The position numbers and the translations under genes are program-made. Below are positions 1 through 7,621 of a stretch of 64,000 nucleotides of DNA, piece after piece. This DNA comes from Thermodesulfobacteriota bacterium. Its GTDB lineage: Bacteria; Desulfobacterota; Desulfovibrionia; Desulfovibrionales; Desulfovibrionaceae. How positions within the stretch are numbered: the first letter of the stretch is position 1; each line of letters starts with the position of its first letter. Under the pieces are notes generated by a model. That model had not been told where the DNA came from and did not search any database. It worked only from the letters and a program-made list of their open reading frames with translations. The stretch spans positions 8,833 to 72,832 of the forward strand of contig JBMONM010000120.1 of the NCBI GenBank assembly GCA_049324675.1, read 5' to 3'.

Positions 1-563
1 GGATAGGCCGCGGTGCATTGCAGGATGGCCAGGTTGGAGTTGATGGGCATGATCGCGTCGTAGGCCCGGCGCACGTCGTCGAAGTCGCCGCCGCCGGTGC
101 TTAAAAGCAGGGGCTTGCCCGTTTGGGCCATGTGCTTGAGCAGCGGAATGTTGGTCAGGTCGCCCGAGGCGGCCTTGTAGAAGGGCAGGTCGATCTTTTC
201 CAGAAAGTCCACGCTGGGCATGTCGAAGGCCGTGGCGAAAAACAGCAGGCCCAGTTCCCGGGCGTAGTCCTTGAGGGCCCGGTATTCGGCCTCGCCGAAT
301 TCCAGGGCCTCGCGGTGCTCGCCGTAGGTCAGGCCGAAGCTGTTTTCGTTGTCGTAGCTGCTGTCGTACAGCGTCTTGACGAACAGGCTCTTGTTGTCGC
401 GCTTTTGCAGCTTGACGGCGTTGACCCCGCACTCCTTGGCCACGCGGAACATTTCCATGGCCTTTTCCAGGCTTCCCTGGTGGTTGTGGCCGATCTCGGC
501 GATGCAGAAGCAGGAGTTTTCATCGCAAATCACATGATTGCCCAGTGTCAGGGTGCGTTGCAT
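1..563 (-). CDS. NeuB/PseI/LegI-family nonulosonic (sialic-like) acid synthase, N-terminal 187 codons; the 3' part lies left of the window
   Basis: Absent from the ORF track because it runs off the edge. The reverse complement from ATG (563-561) reads MQRTLTLGNHVICDENSCFCIAEIGHNHQGSLEKAMEMFRVAKECGVNAVKLQKRD...FYKAASGDLTNIPLLKHMAQTGKPLLLSTGGGDFDDV. This is the AEIGxNHxG / KxQ / SGD / LSTG pattern of NeuB-type synthases. The frame stays open to position 3. Confidence 0.8.
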   Translation of the reverse strand, partial: MQRTLTLGNHVICDENSCFCIAEIGHNHQGSLEKAMEMFRVAKECGVNAVKLQKRDNKSLFVKTLYDSSYDNENSFGLTYGEHREALEFGEAEYRALKDYARELGLLFFATAFDMPSVDFLEKIDLPFYKAASGDLTNIPLLKHMAQTGKPLLLSTGGGDFDDVRRAYDAIMPINSNLAILQCTAAY

Positions 564-607
564 GCTGTCTCTCCGGGATGACGTGCCCCGTTTGCAACGG
601 AGCGGTC

Positions 608-1444
608 CTAAAGTTTGTCCGCGAGGTGTATCTCGGCTCTCGCGTAGAGGTACAGGGCGACGGCCAGCAGGACGAGCCCGGCGCAAAAGCTGTAGGCCAC
701 ATCCTTGTAGGGAAAGACCGTGTTGGCGTCGATGACCGACCGAAACCCCATGAACACGCCCACCAGGGGGTTGAGGTTGTAGACGAACCTGAGTTTGCCG
801 GGAATCATGTCCGGGGTGTAGATGATCGGCGACACGAAGACGCCGAGCTGGAGGATCAGCGCCAGCAGCTTCTGGGGGTCTTTTGAGTCCAGGCCCACGG
901 CCGCGAACAGCGTGCCCAGGCTGAAGGCGTGCAGCATGCACAAGGGCAGAACGACAAGGAGCAGGAGGATCTTGGCGTCGGGATACACCTTTTCGTACGC
1001 GCACAAGGCGATCAGCGGCAGGCAGGACAGGGCGAACTTGTGCAGCTTGGAGAACACCGGCACCAGGGGAATGATCAGGCGCGGAAAATAGATTTTCTTG
1101 ATGACCCCGGCCTCGTTGGTCAGGCTCATGGACGCGCCCATGGCCGCGTCCAGGAAATAGAACCACAGGATGTAGCCGCTGAAAAGGTAGACCATGTAGG
1201 GCATGGTCACGTGCATGTTGGCGCTGGAGAGCCTGCTCAGCGAAACGAAGATCAGGGTCATGGCCAGGGGGCTGGAGCTGGCCCAGAGAAAGGCCAGGCT
1301 GGTGGACTTGTTGCTGACCCGGATGTCCTTGCGCACCAGATTGAGAAACAGGTTCCTGTATTTCCACAGGTTGGGGTCGAGAATCCGCTTGGCGGTCAGG
1401 GGCTTGATGACGATTTCGGGAGTGGACTGCCGGGGCTTGCTCAT
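608..1444 (-). CDS. wzm: ABC-2 type polysaccharide export permease (Wzm/TagG/KpsM family)
   Basis: C-terminal 278 aa of track ORF 608..2386, starting at MSKPRQSTPEIVIKPL. Several hydrophobic segments are visible, plus the ...IKKIYFPRLIIPL... motif typical of ABC-2 permeases. GGAGG lies 5 nt upstream of the ATG at 1444. ATGA overlap with the upstream gene. Confidence 0.9.
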   Translation of the reverse strand: MSKPRQSTPEIVIKPLTAKRILDPNLWKYRNLFLNLVRKDIRVSNKSTSLAFLWASSSPLAMTLIFVSLSRLSSANMHVTMPYMVYLFSGYILWFYFLDAAMGASMSLTNEAGVIKKIYFPRLIIPLVPVFSKLHKFALSCLPLIALCAYEKVYPDAKILLLLVVLPLCMLHAFSLGTLFAAVGLDSKDPQKLLALILQLGVFVSPIIYTPDMIPGKLRFVYNLNPLVGVFMGFRSVIDANTVFPYKDVAYSFCAGLVLLAVALYLYARAEIHLADKL

Positions 1445-3084
1445 GATTCCTCCGTGTCCCGGGCGTCGTCCTGGTCCGCTGCCGGCCGCAGCGGCCGGAC
1501 GCGGGGCTCGGCGCCGACGATCAGGCTGTCGGCCGGCACCGGCTTGGCGACCACCGTCCCCGCGCCCACGATGCTGCGATCGCCGACCGCGCCGCCCTTG
1601 AGGATCATGGAGCCCATGCCCAGCCAGCAGTTGCGGCCGATGTGCAGCGGCGCGGAGGGAATGTCGAAGTCGTTCCCGGGGTAGAGCCCGAGCATTTTCA
1701 GGAAGTGGTTTTTGCGCTGCGCGGGATCGAAGGGATGGGTGGTGTTGTCGAAGATCTGCACCCCGTGGGCGATCAGGGTGTCGTCGTCGATGACCACGCG
1801 GCAGGCGGCGCTGATGATCACGTCGTCGCTGATGTAGACGTTGTTGCCGATGACCACCTGTCCGCCGGGCTCGACGCGGATGATGCCGCGGCACACCGAA
1901 TGGTCGCCGATGACCACGGCCGCGCGGTCGCCGGCCAGATTGATGAGCCGGGCCTTGACCCCCAGCCTCACGCCGTGGCCGATGGTCGCCTGGCCGGTGA
2001 AGGTCTTCCAGACGCCGGCCACGGCCGCGCGGTCCCGCAGCGAGGTCAGGAAGGAAAACACCAGGCCCGCCAGCGAGAATCCCGCGGCCGGCCGGGGATA
2101 CACCTTGCCGCTGGCAAAGGCGTGGTCGTCGTAGCGCCGGCGCGTTTCGAGGATCTCCAGACGGCGCTGGACCCGATGGACCCCGCGGACCACCGCCGGC
2201 GCGACCGCGCCGGGCTTGTAGCGCTGCACCAGATGGTGGGGCTTGTTTATCTGCCGGAGCGGATCGAGAAGGCTGATGTACCGGCTGCTCATGATGTTCT
2301 GGAAGGTCCGCGCCCGGGACGGCGAGAAAAGCCTTCCCGTGACCGGGGTGAGCAGGCGGCAGGCGGCCCTTTTCAGGGACCAGCACAGGTCCGGGGGGTC
2401 TTTCTCCGCATAGAGCCTGTTATAGAGCCGGATTGAGCGGGACAGCCTGCGTCGATGGCGGATGGCGGCCTCGTCCGCCCCGTTTCCCGGCCAGCCGCGG
2501 CGGTGGTGCAGGGCCACCCGCTTGGTGTAGGCCACGCCGTAGCCGGCGAACAGCGTCCGGGCCGTCAGGTCGGGGTCTATGCCGTAGTCCTTGAATTCCA
2601 GGCTGAATCCGCCCAGTTCGCGCATCACCCTGGTGGGCAGCATTCCCTGGTTCACATTGAGAATGCCTGTGGAGGAGATGCCGCCGATATAGGGATGGCT
2701 GGTAAACGGCCCCTCGATGTCGCGCACCTTGAGGGCCACCATGCCCAGGGTCGGGTCGGCCTCCAGGGCGGCCAGGGCCGCGTCCAGGCCGCCGTCGACG
2801 ACGAGGTTGTCGTCGGAGAGCCAGCATACGAACGGCGTGTCCACGCGCTCGAGAAACACCTTGTTGTAGGCCGCCGCCTGGCCCAGGCGAACGCCCTCGA
2901 AGATGGGGATCAGGCGCTCGGAGGCCGTTTCGCGCAGATATTCGATGGTTCCGTCCGTGGACCCGGCGTCGGTCACGAAGACCTGGACGGAGCTTTTCGT
3001 CTCGCGAAAAATGCTCTCGATGCAGGCCGTAAGCAACGTCAGGCGATTGTAGGTGCCCAGGACGACGGAAAGCTTTGGCGGCAT
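1441..3084 (-). CDS. Fusion protein: N-terminal GT2 glycosyltransferase plus C-terminal left-handed beta-helix (hexapeptide) acyl/acetyltransferase
   Basis: Track ORF 1441..3108. The N-terminus MPPKLSVVLGTYNRLTLLTACIESI...VFVTDAGSTDGT...WLSDDN is GT2-like. The C-terminus has hexapeptide-repeat runs (IGDHSVCRGIIRVEPGGQVVIGNNVYISDDVIISA...IGRNCWLGMGSMILKGGAVGDRSIVGAGTVV). The start is ATG 3084 (MPPKLSVV) or ATG 3108. Confidence 0.8.
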   Translation of the reverse strand: MPPKLSVVLGTYNRLTLLTACIESIFRETKSSVQVFVTDAGSTDGTIEYLRETASERLIPIFEGVRLGQAAAYNKVFLERVDTPFVCWLSDDNLVVDGGLDAALAALEADPTLGMVALKVRDIEGPFTSHPYIGGISSTGILNVNQGMLPTRVMRELGGFSLEFKDYGIDPDLTARTLFAGYGVAYTKRVALHHRRGWPGNGADEAAIRHRRRLSRSIRLYNRLYAEKDPPDLCWSLKRAACRLLTPVTGRLFSPSRARTFQNIMSSRYISLLDPLRQINKPHHLVQRYKPGAVAPAVVRGVHRVQRRLEILETRRRYDDHAFASGKVYPRPAAGFSLAGLVFSFLTSLRDRAAVAGVWKTFTGQATIGHGVRLGVKARLINLAGDRAAVVIGDHSVCRGIIRVEPGGQVVIGNNVYISDDVIISAACRVVIDDDTLIAHGVQIFDNTTHPFDPAQRKNHFLKMLGLYPGNDFDIPSAPLHIGRNCWLGMGSMILKGGAVGDRSIVGAGTVVAKPVPADSLIVGAEPRVRPLRPAADQDDARDTEES

Positions 3085-3231
3085 GACGATACGCGCTCCC
3101 ACCCTCATTTCATGAGCGGCATCTGTTCGCGTTGCGGCGTCGCCGCAACCGGGTTGTCGAAAAAATGGCCTGAGCTCAAGAAGGGTGCCTCCAGGGTGTC
3201 GGTTTTTGCGGCACGTGCGGCGTCCGCGTGG

Positions 3232-4257
3232 TCACGCGGCGCAGCGCACGAGCACCCCCTGTCCCGAAAGCAGGGGCACGAGCCTCCATCCGGGGGTGGC
3301 GGCCAGGAATTCCTGGGCCGCCTTCACGACCCCGGGGGTGGTGTTGAATCCATAGTCGTCCAGCACGATCACGCCTCCCACGGCAAGGCGCGGTCCGAAA
3401 AACCGCAGGGCGTCGCGGGTGACGGCATAGAGGTCGGCGTCCAGGTGCACGAAGGCGAACCGGTCCCGGTCCAGACCCTGGCAGGTGTCCTGAAACCGTC
3501 CCTTGTGGAGCCGCACCGCCGGCCAGGGGGCCAGGGCCGCAACGACGTTCTCGAACAGGGTGTCGCCGAAAAGCCCGGGGGTGTGAATCGGCTCCAGGGA
3601 CGGCTCGATGTCCTGTGCGTCATGCCCGCTGAAGCTGTCGAACCCATGCAGGGGCACGTCGTCCCGGCCCAGGGCCGCAAGCAGGGAGGCCATGAAGAAC
3701 AGGCTGCCGCCCTTGTACACCCCGACCTCGGCCACGGCGCCCTCGATACGGCTTCCCGGGCCGAAAAGATCCGCGATCAGGCTATGGAGGGTGTGGAGCC
3801 GGTCGTAGTGGAGCAGGGTCAGGCGCTTCCGGATGACCTGGCCGGCCAGTTCCCCGAACACCGGCAGACTGACGAGGTCGGGCTGCTTGTGCTGGTTGGC
3901 CCCGTAATAGGACGGCACGTAATGATGGTCCTTTTTGCGGGGAAAGGCCTCGACATCCTCCGGAAGCAGCGCACAGAGCCGGGAGGCCGGGGCGCCGCCG
4001 TCCAGGAACGCCCGGCACGCGCCCGAGAGGAACCCGGCGGTGTCGTCGACAGGGGTTGCGGCGAAGACCTCCAGGGTCCGCTCAAAGTATTTTTTCCGCG
4101 CAAAACCGGCGCGATCCACCAGGCTGAGAAGCCACAGGGCAAGCGCCTCCAGCCAGGAGAACAGCGTCGGCAGCAGGGACTGGCGCGCGAAGTGTTTTGC
4201 GGACCGGAGGAGCGTCCGGCGTGCGGCTTCCTTTGTATGCTCTTTGCGGTGTTCCAT
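3232..4257 (-). CDS. TylF/MycF-like (macrocin O-methyltransferase family) class I SAM methyltransferase
   Basis: C-terminal 341 aa of track ORF 3232..4809, starting at MEHRKEH. Contains AEVGVYKGGSLFFMA...FVHLDADLYAVTRDALRFFGPRLAVGGVIVLDDYG, which matches the TylF-family SAM-binding and DxDxY layout. No clear RBS, so the start is uncertain. Confidence 0.75.
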   Translation of the reverse strand: MEHRKEHTKEAARRTLLRSAKHFARQSLLPTLFSWLEALALWLLSLVDRAGFARKKYFERTLEVFAATPVDDTAGFLSGACRAFLDGGAPASRLCALLPEDVEAFPRKKDHHYVPSYYGANQHKQPDLVSLPVFGELAGQVIRKRLTLLHYDRLHTLHSLIADLFGPGSRIEGAVAEVGVYKGGSLFFMASLLAALGRDDVPLHGFDSFSGHDAQDIEPSLEPIHTPGLFGDTLFENVVAALAPWPAVRLHKGRFQDTCQGLDRDRFAFVHLDADLYAVTRDALRFFGPRLAVGGVIVLDDYGFNTTPGVVKAAQEFLAATPGWRLVPLLSGQGVLVRCAA

Positions 4258-4414
4258 GAATGTGCGGTGAAAAGGCGCCGAGGCCTTGGGTTTGCAAGAC
4301 GGTCCCGCGCCCGCGTCGGCAGGCGAAGAGCGGATATCACCGGGACGTGCCGGAGCGGCCGGTTTTCGTATCACGGCCCGGTCCGGGTGCGGAGCCGTTT
4401 TTTGGACACCATCC

Positions 4415-5581
4415 TCATTGTCGCGGGGCGGCCAGGGCTTCCCTGGCGATGGCAAGCAGGCTTTCGGCCGCGGCGCGCTGCCTGTCGGCGGTTTGCGCCC
4501 GCGCCCGCCGTTCACGCGCCGCGTCTGGTCCTGAATGTCCGTTCGGGTAAACCGTTTCCAGCACGTTTGCAAGATTTTCAACATCTTGCCGCCGGAAAAA
4601 AAAGGCCTGGTCATAGTCGTGGAGCTGTTCCCGGTGCACCGGGAAATCCGAGGCCACGACCGGGCGTCCCAGGGCCCTGGCGTCCTCGACGATCGTGCTC
4701 CAGCCCTCGAACAGGGACGGCTGGAGCACGGCCACGGCCCGCCGGAAGACCTCGATCTGCGCGGCCCGGGGGATGAGCCCCAGGATATGGACCTGGTCTT
4801 CAAGATCATGGTCCCGCAGGAAGGTCCGCAATTCTTCGAAATATTCCGGATTGCGGGGGTCGGCCCGATAGCCGGTGCATACCAGGGGCGCGCGCACCCC
4901 CCGGTCGCGCAAAAGGCCCAGGGCCTTGAAGGCGGTCAGATGGTCCTTGTGGGCCCAGAACTGGTTGGGCAGGTAGAGGAATCGTTCGGGCAGGCCAAGC
5001 TTCTCGAACCCCCGCGGGTCGGCGTCGACGGCCCGGATGTTGCTGCAAAACGACCAGACCCGGACCCGGGCCCGGGCGTCCGGGTGGAAGCGCTGGAAAT
5101 GCTCCCGGGCAAAGACGCTGCTCACCACCAGCACGCCGGGGCAGTCGGCCACCCGGGCGTGCAGGGCGTCCCGGTGGGCCCGCTCCTGTTCCGGGAAGAA
5201 CCGGGGCAGGAAGCGGTGCTGGAAGTCCGGAATCCAGTACAGGGGCGTCCCCGGAGTGGGGCCGGGGGTGAACACGGGAAAGACCACCCCCCGGCGCGGG
5301 CCGGTCCAGGCGCAAAGCCGCCGCCCGATCCGTCCCGCGAGACCGGGCCGGCAGCCCAGACCCTCCAGCAGCCTGCGGGCCGCGGGCGTTTCCCGGGCGA
5401 GCATGGCCCGGATGCGGTCGGCCACTTCCACGTTGTCCCGGCTGAGAAAACGCACCTCCAGGCGCGGCCGCTCGGCCCGGGGCAGCCGCAGCAGGGCCGC
5501 CACCAGATTCTCGATGTACAGCGCGCCGCCGATCCAGCCTTCGCTGGCGCCGAAATTGAGGATCAAGGACCAGTCGGCCAC
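4415..5581 (-). CDS. GT4 (Glycos_transf_1) glycosyltransferase, WIPDFQH-motif subfamily
   Basis: 388-aa ORF with a GTG start preceded by GAGGAAA. Contains ...YWIPDFQHRFLP...PNQFWAHKDH...LQPSLFEGWSTIVEDARALGRPVVASD, the E-x7-E retaining GT-B motif. Clear paralog of 53240..54415. Confidence 0.85.
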   Translation of the reverse strand: MADWSLILNFGASEGWIGGALYIENLVAALLRLPRAERPRLEVRFLSRDNVEVADRIRAMLARETPAARRLLEGLGCRPGLAGRIGRRLCAWTGPRRGVVFPVFTPGPTPGTPLYWIPDFQHRFLPRFFPEQERAHRDALHARVADCPGVLVVSSVFAREHFQRFHPDARARVRVWSFCSNIRAVDADPRGFEKLGLPERFLYLPNQFWAHKDHLTAFKALGLLRDRGVRAPLVCTGYRADPRNPEYFEELRTFLRDHDLEDQVHILGLIPRAAQIEVFRRAVAVLQPSLFEGWSTIVEDARALGRPVVASDFPVHREQLHDYDQAFFFRRQDVENLANVLETVYPNGHSGPDAARERRARAQTADRQRAAAESLLAIAREALAAPRQ

Positions 5582-5591
5582 GGTTCTTTCC

Positions 5592-6557
5592 TCACCCGAG
5601 CCGGCGCAGGGCGGCCCGCAGCAGCGAGGCGGCGAAACGTTTCCAGGCCGGTCCGGGTTGCGGCGATTCCGGTCCGGCCTGTCGCGGCAGGGCGGCCAGC
5701 AGGCCTTCCCGCAACGCGGTCAGGCGCGCGGCCCCGGCCGGGTCCGGGCCGCCCAGGCGTTCGGCGCCCCGGGCGAGCACGGCCTGGGCGTAGTCGTGCA
5801 CGCCCTGGCAGGAGGCGATGACCGCCTGGAGGATGTGCGCCCCGGCCTCGGCCGGCAGGGCCTCGGGCCGTTTCAGGTACAGGGCGTGGCCCCACAGCAG
5901 TTGCCCGTCGCTGGCGATGTCCCGGGGCAGGCCCTTCCAGCGCAGGCATCGCGGCGAAAGCGCGAACAGGGCGAAGCGATGTTCGCGCAAAAAGGCGTCC
6001 ACCTCGCCGAAAAGGGGTTGTTCCAGGTACTGGGGGACGAATTCCACCTCGGCCTTGACGGCCAGGATCGGCCCGTCCAGGGCCCCGACCGCGCCGCGCA
6101 GGATGTCCAGCTCCGACCCCTGGGTGTCCAGTTCGAAACAATGGATCGTTTCCTCGCCGATGGAGGCCAGAAAGGCGTCCAGGGTGTCGGTGCGCAGCCT
6201 TACTGTGCGTTCGGGGGTCAGGCAGCCGTCCACGCCCTCGTAGTCGGCCAGGGACCGGGGATCGGGCGCATAGAGCGAGGAGCAGGCCGGATTGGCCGTG
6301 ACGTGGAAGGTCGTTTCCCCGGTCCCGCCCGCCAGGGCCACCGGATGGAAGCGGTAGTTGGGCCGGGCGGCGGCGTTGAGGCGGCGGCATTCTTCCTCGT
6401 CGGGCTCGAAGCCGATGTAGCGTCCCTGGGGGAAGATATCGACCAGGGGGTTGCCGGACTCGGCCCGGGCCCCGCAGTCCACGTACACGAGGCGCGGGGC
6501 CGCGCTCAGCAGGGGCAGCAGGGCGGGGCGCAGGGTTGTCGCGAAACGGTAGGACAT
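5592..6557 (-). CDS. FkbM-family SAM methyltransferase
   Basis: 321-aa ORF. VYVDCGARAESGN...GFEPDEEE...TFHVT...CFELDTQGSELDILRG matches the FkbM (Methyltransf_21) pattern. Confidence 0.85.
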   Translation of the reverse strand: MSYRFATTLRPALLPLLSAAPRLVYVDCGARAESGNPLVDIFPQGRYIGFEPDEEECRRLNAAARPNYRFHPVALAGGTGETTFHVTANPACSSLYAPDPRSLADYEGVDGCLTPERTVRLRTDTLDAFLASIGEETIHCFELDTQGSELDILRGAVGALDGPILAVKAEVEFVPQYLEQPLFGEVDAFLREHRFALFALSPRCLRWKGLPRDIASDGQLLWGHALYLKRPEALPAEAGAHILQAVIASCQGVHDYAQAVLARGAERLGGPDPAGAARLTALREGLLAALPRQAGPESPQPGPAWKRFAASLLRAALRRLG

Positions 6558-6566
6558 GGCGTGGCC

Positions 6567-7568
6567 TTAGGGCGCGGTTTCGGGCAGGTCCCGGTCGCCC
6601 AGCCCCCAGGTGCGCCGGCCGTTGAGCAGCATGGGATGGTTGTTGCGGCGCATGGCCCCGATGTAAAGGGAATAGTCGCCGAAGGCCAGGGGGCTTTCGG
6701 CGTCCCTGGCCCGGTCGGCGATGGCCACGTCCGCGCCGTCGCCGCGCGCGCCGTGGTCCATGTGGTAGACTTGCAGCGGATAGGCCAGGACCTGTTCCCG
6801 GAATCCGGCGTAATGGGCCGCGTAGCACAAGAGCCCGTCCAGCTTGAAGGCCCGCAGGGGCAGTTCGGGATAGCCGCGCAGATCCATCCAGGCGTCCTTC
6901 GAGAGCAGGGTGAAGTCGCCGCAGGCGTTGGTGTGCAGATAGGGCGGCATCCCCGGCTCCTTGCCCGGCAGGTTGCCCGGGGACCGGAAGGCGTCCGCCT
7001 CGGGGGCGAAAAATTTCCGCCCCCCGGCCGGGGTCAGCACCTTCGAGGCCGCATAGATCCGGATGACATGGCCGCGGCAATAGTCCATGCGGGCTTCGAG
7101 GGTCCCGTCGAGCTCCGGGGCCGGGGGGATGTCGCAGCGGTCCAGGCGGTACATGGCCCCGGGGTCCGGATTGCGGTCGGCCAGCCAGGCCATGAGCTCC
7201 ATGGAAAACAGCACGTCCACGTTGGTGGCCAGCACGAACGGGGCCTTGGCCCGGCGGATGCCCACGTTCTTGGCGATCATCTGAAACAGGGGGATGCGCG
7301 CCGCGTTGGGGAAGCCGGCGTGCAGCTCCGGGGCCACGGTGACGATGCGGGTGCGCATCCAGCCCGGTTCGGGCCAGGCCACGGCCTCGGCCAGGGGCGG
7401 CCGGTCGGGCTGGGGGTTCCATTCCACGACCACCAATTCCAGCGGCAGGCGCAGCGTGTGGCACTGCCTGGCCAGGGTGTCGGCGAAAACCGCGGTGCGG
7501 CGGTTGAGTTCGCCGCCCGGATCGTCGTTTCGCGAGGTCACCACGACGGAGAGAAAAGGGTCCTGCAT
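6567..7568 (-). CDS. GT2-like glycosyltransferase (divergent)
   Basis: Track ORF 6567..7664 begins at a GTG inside wzt. I trimmed it to ATG 7568 (MQDPFLSVVVTSRNDD...ELVVVEWN...ATNVDVLFS), which has a GT-A-like N-terminus and a DxD-like NVD. No RBS is visible, so the start is uncertain. Confidence 0.65.
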   Translation of the reverse strand: MQDPFLSVVVTSRNDDPGGELNRRTAVFADTLARQCHTLRLPLELVVVEWNPQPDRPPLAEAVAWPEPGWMRTRIVTVAPELHAGFPNAARIPLFQMIAKNVGIRRAKAPFVLATNVDVLFSMELMAWLADRNPDPGAMYRLDRCDIPPAPELDGTLEARMDYCRGHVIRIYAASKVLTPAGGRKFFAPEADAFRSPGNLPGKEPGMPPYLHTNACGDFTLLSKDAWMDLRGYPELPLRAFKLDGLLCYAAHYAGFREQVLAYPLQVYHMDHGARGDGADVAIADRARDAESPLAFGDYSLYIGAMRRNNHPMLLNGRRTWGLGDRDLPETAP

Positions 7569-7621
7569 GGTTGCGGAATCCACGGAGGGGGCGTTTTCGA
7601 AAGAGGGCGCGCCGCCCTGGT

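Noticed and set aside
3131-3149. Perfect 9-bp-stem hairpin GTTGCGGCG-t-CGCCGCAAC in the 123-bp gap between the TylF-like gene and the GT2-acetyltransferase gene, considered as a terminator.
   Set aside because: The loop is only 1 nt. On the transcribed (minus) strand, the T-run lies upstream of the stem, not downstream. It is not a canonical intrinsic terminator.
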